From: Eledone cirrhosa
Lineage: Eukaryota
Direction: 5' to 3'
Assembly (NCBI GenBank): GCA_964016885.1
Contig: OZ024758.1
Span: 31,434,001-31,498,000, forward strand
Length of the DNA: 64,000 nucleotides
The stretch's first letter is position 1. Each line of letters starts with the position of its first letter. Of this stretch, positions 52,585 through 64,000 are shown one piece after another. The notes below the pieces were generated by a model, which was not told where the DNA came from, did not search any database, and saw only the letters and a program-made list of their open reading frames with translations. The position numbers and the translations under genes are program-made.

Positions 52585-55500
52585 GGGGAAGGTCTATGTC
52601 CTACAATAGACAATAGATGACAGCTGGGGGAAGGTCTATGTCCTACAATAGACAATAGATGTCAGCTGGGGGAAGGTCTATGTCCTACAACAGACAATAG
52701 ATGAGAGCTGGGGGAAGGTCTATGTCCTACAATAGACAATAGATGTCAACTGGGGGAAGGTCTATGTCCTACAATAGACAATAGATGACACAGCTGGGAG
52801 AAGGTCTATGTCCTACAATAGACAATAGATGACAGCTGGGGCAAGGTCTATGTCCTACAATAGACAATAGATGACAGCTGGGGCAAGGTGTATGTCCTAC
52901 AATAGACAATAGATGTCAACTGGGGGAAGGTCTATGTCCTACAATAGACAATAGATGACACAGCTGGGAGAAGGTCTATGTCCTACAATAGACAATAGAT
53001 GACAGCTGGGGCAAGGTCTATGTCCTACAATAGACAATAGATGACAGCTGGGGCAAGGTCTATGTCCTACAATAGACAATAGATGTCAGCTGGGGGAAGG
53101 TCTATGTCCTACAATGGACAATAGATGACACAGCTGGGGGAAGGTCTATGTCCTACAATAGACAATAGATGTCAGCTGGGGGAAGGTCTATGTCCTACAA
53201 TAGACAATAGATGTCAGCTAGGGGAAGGTCTATGTCCTACAATAGACAATAGATGTCAGCTGGGGGAAGGTCTATGTCCTACAATAGAGAATAGATGTCA
53301 GCTAGGGCAAGGTCTATGTCCTACAATAGACAATAGATGTCAGCTGGGGGAAGGTCTATGTCCTACAATAGACAATAGATGACAGCTGGGGGAAGGTCTA
53401 TGTCCTACAATAGACAATAGATGACAGCTGGGGGAAGGTCTATGTCCTACAATAGACAATATGTGTCAACTGGGGGAAGGTCTATGTCCTACAATAGACA
53501 ATAGATGTCAGCTGGGGGAAGGTCTATGTCCTACAATGGACAATAGATGACACAGCTGGGAGAAGGTCTATGTCCTAGAATAGACAATAGATGTCAGCTG
53601 GGGGAAGGTCTATGTCCTACAATGGACAATAGATGACAACGCTGGGGGAAGGTCTATGTCCTACAATGGACAATAGGTGACACAGCTGGGAGAAGGTCTA
53701 TGTCCTACAATGGACGATAGATGACAGCTGGGGCAAGGTCTATGTCCTACAATAGACAATAGATGTCAGCTGGGGGAAGGTCTATGTTCTACAATAGACA
53801 ATAGATGTCAGCTGGGGGAAGGTCTATGTCCTACAATAGACAATAGATGACAGCTGGGGGAAGGTCTATGAGCTACAATAAACAATAGATGTCAGGTGGG
53901 GGAAGGTCTATGTCCTACAATGGACAATAGATGTCAGCTGGAGGAAGGTCTATGTCCTACAATGGACAATATATGACACAGCTGGGGGAAGGTCTATGTC
54001 CTACAATGGACAATAGATGACACAGCTGGGAGAAGGTCTATGTCCTACAATGGAGAATAGATGACAGCTGGGGGAAGGTCTATATCCTACAATGGACAAT
54101 AGATGACACAGCTGGGAGAAGGTCTGTGTCCTACAATAGACAATAGATGTCAGCTGGGGGAAGGTCTATATCCTACAATAGACAATAGATGTCAGCTGGG
54201 GCAAGGTATATGTCCTACAATGGACAATAGATGACACAGCTGGGGGAAGGTCTATGTCCTACAATGGACAATAGATGACACAGCTGGGAGAAGGTATATG
54301 TCCTACAATGGACAATAGATGACACAGCTGGGGGAAGGTCTATGTCCTACAATGGACAATAGATGACACAGCTGGGGGAAGGTCTATGTCCTACAATGGA
54401 CAATAGATGACACAGCTGGGAGAAGGTCTATGTCCTACAATGGAGAATAGATGACAGCTGGGGGAAGGTCTATATCCTACAATGGACAATAGATGACACA
54501 GCTGGGAGAAGGTCTATGTCCTACAATAGACAATAGATGTCAGCTGGGGGAAGGTCTATGTCCTACAATAGACAATAGATGTCAGCTGGGGCAAGGTATA
54601 TGTCCTACAATGGACAATAGATGACACAGCTGGGGGAAGGTCTATGTCCTGCAATGGACAATAGATGACACAGCTGGGAGAAGGTATATGTCCTACAATG
54701 GACAATGGATGCCACAGCTGGGGGAAGGTCTATGTCCTACAATGGACAATAGATGACACAGCTGGGGGAAGGTCTATGTCCTACAATGGACAATAGATGA
54801 CACAGCTGGGAGAAGGTCTATGTCCTACAATGGAGAATAGATGACAGCTGGGGGAAGGTCTATATCCTACAATGGACAATAGATGACACAGCTGGGAGAA
54901 GGTCTATGTCCTACAATAGACAATAGATGTCAGATGGGGGAAGGTCTATGTCCTACAATAGACAATAGATGTCAGCTGGGGCAAGGTATATGTCCTACAA
55001 TGGACAATAGATGACACAGCTGGGGGAAGGTCTATGTCCTACAATGGACAATAGATGACGCAGCTGGGAGAAGGCATATGTCCTACAATGGACAATAGAT
55101 GACACAGCTGGGGCAAGGTCTATGTCCTACAATGGACAATAGATGACACAGCTGGGGGAAGGTCTATGTCCTACAATGGACAATAGATGACACAGCTGGA
55201 AGAAGGTCTATATCCTACAATGGACAAGAGATGACAGCTGGGGGAAGGTCTATGTCCTACAATGGACAATAGATGATACAGCTGGGAGAAGGTCTATGTC
55301 CTACAATGAACAATAGATGACAGCTGGGGTAAGGTCTATGTCCTACAATGGACAATAGATGTCAGCTGGGGGAAGGTCTATGTCCTACAATAGACAATAG
55401 ATCTCAGCTGGGGCAAGGTCTATGTCCTATAATAGACAATAGATGACACAGCTGGGGGAAGGTCTATGTCCTACAATAGACAATAGATGACACAGCTGGG

Positions 55501-58500
55501 AGAAGATCTATGTCCTACAATAGACAATAGATGTCAGCTGGGGCAAGGTCTATGTCCTACAATGGACAATAAATGACACAGCTGAGAGAAGGTCTATGTC
55601 CTACAATAGACAATAGATGTCAGCTGGGGGAAGGTCTATGTCCTACAATGGACAATAAATGACAGAGCTGGGAGTAGGTCTATGTCCTACAATAGACAAT
55701 AGATGACACAGCTGGGGGAAGGTCTATGTCCTACAATAGACAATAGATGACACAGCTGGGGGAAGGTCTATGTCCTACAATAGACAATAGATGACACAGC
55801 TGGGCGAAGATCTATATCCTACAATAGACAATAGATGTCAGCTGGGGGAAGGTCTATGTCCTACAATGGACAATAGATGACACAGCTGGGGGAAGGTCTA
55901 TGTCCTACAATAGACAATAGATGTCAGCTGGGGGAAGGTCTATGTCCTACAATGGACAATAAATGACAGAGCTGGGAGAAGGTCTATGTCCTACAATAGA
56001 CAATAGATGACACAGCTGGGGGAAGGTCTATGTCCTACAATGGACAATAGATGTCAGCTGGGGCAAGGTCTATGTCCTACAATAGACAATAGATGTCAGC
56101 TGGGGGAAGGTCTATGTCCTACAATGGACAATAGATGACAGCTGGGGGAAGGTCTATGTCCTACAATGGACAATAGATGTCAGCTGGGGCAAGGTCTATG
56201 TCCTACAATGGACAATAGATGTCAGCTGGGGCAAGGTCTATGTCCTACAGTAGACAATAGATGACAGCTGGGGCAAGGTCTATGTCCTACAATGGACAAT
56301 AGATGTCAGCTGGGGCAAGGTCTATGTCCTATAATAGACAATAGATGACACAGCTGGGGGAAGGTCTATGTCCTACAATGGACAATAGATGACAGCTGGG
56401 GGAAGGTCTATGTCCTACAATGGACAATAGATGACACAGCTGGGGGAAGGTCTATGTCCTACAATGGACAATAGATGACAGCTGGGGGAAGGTCTATGTC
56501 CTACAATAGACAATAGATGACAGCTAAGGGAAGGTCTATGTCCTACAATGGACAATAGATGTCAGCTGGGGGAAGGTCTATGTCCTACAATAGACAATAG
56601 ATGACAGCTGGGGAAAGGTCTATGTCCTACAATAGACAATAAATGACAGCTGGGGAAGGTCTATGTCTTACAATAGACAATAGATGTCAGCTGGGGGAAG
56701 GTCTATGTCCTACAATAGACAATAGATGTCAGCTGATGCAAGGTCTATGTCCTACAATAGACAATAGATGACAGCTGTTGGACGGTCTATGTCCTACAAT
56801 GGACAATAGATGTCAGCTGGGGGAACGTCTATGTCCTACAATAGACAATAGATGACAGCTGGGGAAAGGTCTATGTCCTACAATAGACAATAGATGACAG
56901 CTGGGGGAAGGTCTATGTCCTACAATAAACAATAGATGTCAGCTGGGGGAAGGTCTATGTCCTACAATAGACAATAGATGACAGCTGGGGGAAGGTCTAT
57001 GTCCTACAATAAACAATAGATGTCAGCTGGGGGAAGGTCTATGTCCTACAATGGACAATAGATGACAGCTGGGGAAAGGTCTATGTCCTACAATAGACAA
57101 TAGATGACAGCTGGGGGAAGGTCTATGTCCTACAATAAACAATAGATGTCAGCTGGGGGAATGTCTATGTCCTACAATAGACAATAGATGACAGCTGGGG
57201 GAAGGTCTATGTCCTACAATAAACAATAGATGACAGCTGGGGGAAGGTCTATGTCCTACAATAGACAAAAGATGTCAGCTGGAGCAAGGTCTATGTCCTA
57301 CAATAGACAATAGATGACACAGCTGGGAGAAGGTCTATGTCCTACAATGGACAATAGCGGACACAGCTGGGAGAAGGTCTATGTCCTACAATAGACAATA
57401 GATGTCAGCTGGGGGAAGGTCTATGTCCTACAATGGACAATAGATGACAACGCTGGGAGAAGGTCTATGTCCTACAATGGACAATAGATGACACAGCTGG
57501 GAGAAGGTCTATGTCCTACAATGGAGAATAGATGACAGCTGGGGGAAGGTCTATATCCTACAATGGACAATAGATGACACAGCTGGGAGAAGGTCTATGT
57601 CCTACAATAGACAATAGATGACACAGCTGGGAGAAGGTCTATGTCCTACAATAGACAATAGATGTCAGCTGGGGGAAGGTCTATGTCCTACAATGGACAA
57701 TAGATGACACAGCTGGTAGAAGGTCTATGTCCTACAATAGACAATAGATGACACAGCTGGGGGAAGGTCTATGTCCTACAATGGACAATAGATGACACAG
57801 CTGGGGGAAGGTCTATGTCCTACAATTGACAATAGATGACACAGCTGGGGGAAGGTCTATGTCCTACAATGGACAATAGATGACAGCTGGGAGAAGGTCT
57901 ATGTCCTACAATAGACAATAGATGACAGCTGGGGGAAGGTCTATGTCCTATAATAGACAATAGATGACAGCTGGGGGAAGGTCTATGTCCTACAATAGAC
58001 AATAGATGACAGCTGGGGGAAGGTCTATGTCCTGCAATGGACAATAGATGACACAGCTGGGAGAAGGTCTATGTCCTACAATAGACAATAGATGTCAGCT
58101 GGGGGAAGGTGTATGTCCTACAATAGACAATAGATGACAGCTGGGGCAAGGTCTATGTCCTACAATAGACAATAGATGTCAGCTGGGGGAAGGTCTATGT
58201 CCTACAATAGACAATAGATGTCAGCTGGGGCAAGGTCTATGTCCGACAATGGACAATAGATGTCAGCTGGGGCAAGGTCTATGTCCTACAATAGACAATA
58301 GATGTCAGCTGGGGGAAGATCTATGTCCTACAATGCACAATAGATGTCAGCTGGGGGAAGGTCTATGTCCTACAATGGACAATAGATGTCAGCTGGGGGA
58401 AGGTCTATGTCCTACAATAGACAATAGATGTCAGCTGGGGGAAGGTCTATGTCCTACAATAGACAATAGATGTCAGCTGGGGGAAGGTCTATGTCCTACA

Positions 58501-61500
58501 ATAGACAATAGATGACACAGCTGGGAGAAGGTCTATGTCCTACAATGGACAATAGATGTCAGCTGGGGGAAGGTCTATGTCCTACAATGGACAATAAATA
58601 ACACAGCTGGGAGAAGGTATATGTCCTACAATAGACAATAGATGTCAGCTGGGCGAAGGTCTATGTCCTACAATAGACAATAGATGTCAGCTAGGAGAAG
58701 GTCTATGTCCTACAATAGACAATAGATGTCAGCTGGGGGAAGGTCTATGTCCTACAATAGACAATAGATGACAGCTGGGGCAAGGTGTATGTCCTACAAT
58801 AGACAATAGATCTCAGCTGGGGCAAGGTCTATGTCCTATAATAGACAATAGATGACACAGCTGGGAGAAGGTCTATGTCCTACAATAGACAATAGATGAC
58901 ACAGCTGGGAGAAGATCTATGTCCTACAATAGACAATAGATGTCAGCTGGGGGAAGGTCTATGTCCTACAATGGACAATAAATGACAGAGCTGGGAGTAG
59001 GTCTATGTCCTACAATAGACAATAGATGACACAGCTGGGGGAAGGTCTATGTCCTACAATAGACAATAGATGACACAGCTGGGGGAAGGTCTATGTCCTA
59101 CAATAGACAATAGATGACACAGCTGGGCGAAGATCTATATCCTACAATAGACAATAGATGTCAGCTGGGGGAAGGTCTATGTCCTACAATGGACAATAGA
59201 TGACACAGCTGGGGGAAGGTCTATGTCCTACAATAGACAATAGATGTCAGCTGGGGGAAGGTCTATGTCCTACAATGGACAATAAATGACAGAGCTGGGA
59301 GAAGGTCTATGTCCTACAATAGACAATAGATGACACAGCTGGGGGAAGGTCTATGTCCTACAATGGACAATAGATGTCAGCTGGGGCAAGGTCTATGTCC
59401 TACAATAGACAATAGATGTCAGCTGGGGGAAGGTCTATGTCCTACAATGGACAATAGATGACAGCTGGGGGAAGGTCTATGTCCTACAATGGACAATAGA
59501 TGTCAGCTGGGGCAAGGTCTATGTCCTACAATGGACAATAGATGTCAGCTGGGGCAAGGTCTATGTCCTACAGTAGACAATAGAGGACAGCTGGGGCAAG
59601 GTCTATGTCCTACAATGGACAATAGATGTCAGCTGGGGCAAGGTCTATGTCCTATAATAGACAATAGATGACACAGCTGGGGGAAGGTCTATGTCCTACA
59701 ATGGACAATAGATGACACAGCTGGGAGAAGATCTATGTCCTACAATAGACAATAGATGTCAGCTGGGGGAAGGTCTATGTCCTACAATGGACAATAAATG
59801 ACAGAGCTGGGGGAAGGTCTATATCCTACAATGGACAATAGATGACACAGCTGGGAGAAGGTCTATGTCCTACAATAGACAATAGATGACACAGCTGGGA
59901 GAAGGTCTATGTCCTACAATAGACAATAGATGTCAGCTGGGGGAAGGTCTATGTCCTACAATGGACAATAGATGACACAGCTGGTAGAAGGTCTATGTCC
60001 TACAATAGACAATAGATGACACAGCTGGGGGAAGGTCTATGTCCTACAATGGACAATAGATGACACAGCTGGGGGAAGGTCTATGTCCTACAATGGACAA
60101 TAGATGACACAGCTGGGGGAAGGTCTATGTCCTACAATGGACAATAGATGACAGCTGGGAGAAGGTCTATGTCCTACAATAGACAATAGATGACAGCTGG
60201 GGGAAGGTCTATGTCCTATAATAGACAATAGATGACAGCTGGGGGAAGGTCTATGTCCTACAATAGACAATAGATGACAGCTGGGGGAGGGTCTATGTCC
60301 TGCAATGGACAATAGATGACACAGCTGGGAGAAGGTCTATGTCCTACAATAGACAATAGATGTCAGCTGGGGGAAGGTGTATGTCCTACAATAGACAATA
60401 GATGACAGCTGGGGCAAGGTCTATGTCCTACAATAGACAATAGATGTCAGCTGGGGGAAGGTCTATGTCCTACAATAGACAATAGATGTCAGCTGGGGCA
60501 AGGTCTATGTCCGACAATGGACAATAGATGTCAGCTGGGGCAAGGTCTATGTCCTACAATAGACAATAGATGTCAGCTGGGGGAAGATCTATGTCCTACA
60601 ATGCACAATAGATGTCAGCTGGGGGAAGGTCTATGTCCTACAATGGACAATAGATGTCAGCTGGGGGAAGGTCTATGTCCTACAATAGACAATAGATGTC
60701 AGCTGGGGGAAGGTCTATGTCCTACAATAGACAATAGATGTCAGCTGGGGGAAGGTCTATGTCCTACAATAGACAATAGATGACACAGCTGGGAGAAGGT
60801 CTATGTCCTACAATGGACAATAGATGTCAGCTGGGGGAAGGTCTATGTCCTACAATGGACAATAAATAACACAGCTGGGAGAAGGTATATGTCCTACAAT
60901 AGACAATAGATGTCAGCTGGGCGAAGGTCTATGTCCTACAATAGACAATAGATGTCAGCTAGGAGAAGGTCTATGTCCTACAATAGACAATAGATGTCAG
61001 CTGGGGGAAGGTCTATGTCCTACAATAGACAATAGATGACAGCTGGGGCAAGGTGTATGTCCTACAATAGACAATAGATGTCAACTGGGGGAAGGTCTAT
61101 GTCCTACAATAGACAATAGATGACACAGCTGTGAGAAGGTCTATGTCCTACAATAGACAATAGATGACAGCTGGGGCAAGGTCTATGTCCTACAATAGAC
61201 AATAGATGTCAGCTGGGGGAAGGTCTATGTCCTACAATGGACAATAGATGACACAGCTGGGGGAAGGTCTATGTCCTACAATAGACAATAGATGTCAGCT
61301 GGGGGAAGGTCTATGTCCTACAATAGACAATAGATGTCAGCTAGGGGAAGGTCTATGTCCTACAATAGACAATAGATGTCAGCTGGGGGAAGGTCTATGT
61401 CCTACAATAGACAATAGATGTCAGCTAGGGGAAGGTCTATGTCCTACAATAGACAATAGATGTCAGCTGGGGAAGGTCTATGTCCTACAATAGACAATAG

Positions 61501-64000
61501 GTGACAGCTGGGGGAAGGTCTATGTCCTACAATAGACAATAGATGACAGCTGGTGGAAGGTCTATGTCCTACAATAGACAATATGTGTCAACTGGGGGAA
61601 GGTCTATGTCCTACAATAGACAATAGATGTCAGCTGGGGGAAGGTCTATGTCCTACAATGGACAATAGATGACACAGCTGGGAGAAGGTCTATGTCCTAG
61701 AATAGACAATAGATGTCAGCTGGGGGAAGGTCTATGTCCTACAATGGACAATAGATGACAACGCTGGGGGAAGGTCTATGTCCTACAATGGACGATAGAT
61801 GACAGCTGGGGCAAGGTCTATGTCCTACAATAGACAATAGATGTCAGCTGGGGGAAGGTCTATGTCCTACAATAGACAATAGATGTCAGCTGGGGGAAGG
61901 TCTATGTCCTACAATAGACAATAGATGTCAGCTGGGGGAAGGTCTATGTCCTACAATAGACAATAGATGACACAGCTGGGAGAAGGTCTATGTCCTACAA
62001 TGGACAATAGATGTCAGCTGAGGGAAGGTCTATGTCTTACAATGGACAATAGATGTCAGCTGGGGGAAGGTCTATGTCCTACAATAGACAATAGATGACA
62101 CAGCTGGGAGAAGGTCTATGTCCTACAATAGACAATAGATGTCAGCTGGGGGAAGGTCTATGTCCTACAATGGACAATAAATGACACAGCTGGGAGAAGG
62201 TCTATGTCCTACAATAGACAATAGATGACACAGCTGGGGGAAGGTCTATGTCCTACAATAGACAATAAATGACACAGCTGGGAGAAGGTCTATGTCCTAC
62301 AATGGACAATAAATGACACAGCTGGGAGAAGGTCTATGTCCTACAATGGACAATAAATGACACAGCTGGGAGAAGATCTATGTCCTACAATAGACAATAG
62401 ATGACACAGCTGGGGGAAGGTCTATGTCCTACAATAGACAATAGATGACACAGCTGGGGGAAGGTCTATGTCCTACAATAGACAATAGATGACACAGCTG
62501 GGAGAAGATCTATATCCTACAAAAGACAATAGATATCAGCTGGGGGAAGGTCTATGTCCTACAATGTACAATAGTTGACACAGCTGGGGGAAGGTCTATG
62601 TCCTACAATGGACAATAGATGACACAGCTGGGAGAAGGTCTATGTCCTTCAATGGACAATAGATGACACAGCTGGGGGAAGGTCTATGTCCTACAATGGA
62701 CAATAGATGACAGCTGGGGGAAGGTCTATGTCCTACAATGGACAATAGATGACACAGCTGGGGGAAGGTCTATGTCCTACAATGGACAATAGATGACAGC
62801 TGGGGGAAGGTCTATGTCCTACAATAGACAATAGATGACAGCTAAGGGAAGGTCTATGTCCTACAATAGACAATAGATGACAGCTGGGGAAAGGTCTATG
62901 TCCTACAATAGACAATAAATGACAGCTGGGGGAAGGTATATGTCTTACAATAGACAATAGATGTCAGCTGGGGGAAGGTCTATGTCCTACAATAGACAAT
63001 AGATGTCAGCTGGGGCAAGGTCTATGTCTTACAATAGACAATAGATGACAGCTGGGGGAAGGTCTATGTCCTACAATGGACAATAGATGTCAGCTGGGGG
63101 AACGTCTATGTCCTACAATAGACAATAGATGACTGCTGGGGAAAGGTCTATGTCCTACAATAGACAATAGATGACAGCTGGGGGAAGGTCTATGTCCTAC
63201 AATGGACAATAGATGACACAGCTGGGGGAAGGTCTATGTCCTACAATAGACAATAGATGACAGCTGGGGGAAGGTCTATGTCCTACAATGGACAATAGAT
63301 GACACAGCTGGGGGAAGGTCTATGTCCTACAATAGACAATAAATGACAGCTGGGGGTAGGTCTATGTCCTACAATGGACAATAGATGACACAGCTGGGGG
63401 GAAGGAATATGTCCTACAATGGACGATAGATGACAGCTGGGGGAAGGTCTATGTCCTACAATAGACAATAGATGACAGCTGGGGGAAGGTCTATGTCCTA
63501 CAATGGACAATAGATGTCAGCTGGGGGAAGGTCTATGTCCTACAATGGACAATACATAACACAGCTGGGAGAAGGTATATGTCCTACAATAGACAATAGA
63601 TGTCAGCTGGGCGAAGGTCTATGTCCTACAATAGACAATAGATGACAGCTAAGGGAAGGTCTATGTCCTACAATGGACAATAGATGTCAGCTGGGGGAAG
63701 GTCTATGTCCTACAATAGACAATAGATGACAGCTGGGGAAAGGTCTATGTCCTACAATAGACAATAAATGACAGCTGGGGAAGGTCTATGTCTTACAATA
63801 GACAATAGATGTCAGCTGGGGGAAGGTCTATGTCCTACAATAGACAATAGATGTCAGCTGATGCAAGGTCTATGTCCTACAATAGACAATAGATGACAGC
63901 TGTTGGACGGTCTATGTCCTACAATGGACAATAGATGTCAGCTGGGGGAACGTCTATGTCCTACAATAGACAATAGATGACAGCTGGGGAAAGGTCTATG
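52585..64000. repeat. 42/44-bp satellite array (>11 kb, runs off window end)
   Basis: Unit cagctgggggaaggtctatgtcctacaat(a/g)gacaatagatg(t/a/aca); internal inverted repeat gtctat/atagac. Confidence 0.98.

Noticed and set aside
53125-63510. Cys-rich repeat ORFs (CQLGEGLCPTIDNR)n
   Set aside because: Satellite translation, constantly broken by stops and 44-bp variants

Overview
This is AT-rich, microsatellite-dense eukaryotic non-coding DNA. The SINE/RTE content looks cephalopod, probably Octopus (my inference). I found no convincing host gene. About a third of the window is tandem satellite: 38-bp (1-4977), 29-bp, 61-bp, 30-bp and 42/44-bp (52585-64000) arrays, plus a 200-N gap. The rest is decayed mobile DNA: tRNA-derived SINEs, RTE, R4/Dong-like, CRE-like and Vingi-like LINE fragments, Helitrons, mariner-like MITEs and Penelope-like elements (PLEs). 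The main signal appears in no ORF: about a dozen type I hammerhead ribozyme motifs (CUGANGA...GAAA, palindromic stem III) from several unrelated sequence families, at about 9 loci. Almost all sit in short inserts that end in (TA)n. Many are arranged as head-to-head inverted repeats with both 3' ends pointing outward. Two lie directly downstream of GIY-YIG endonuclease remnants, which ties the non-coding hairpin inserts to (TA)n-targeting Penelope-like retroelements. All folds were done by eye and none is tested for activity.
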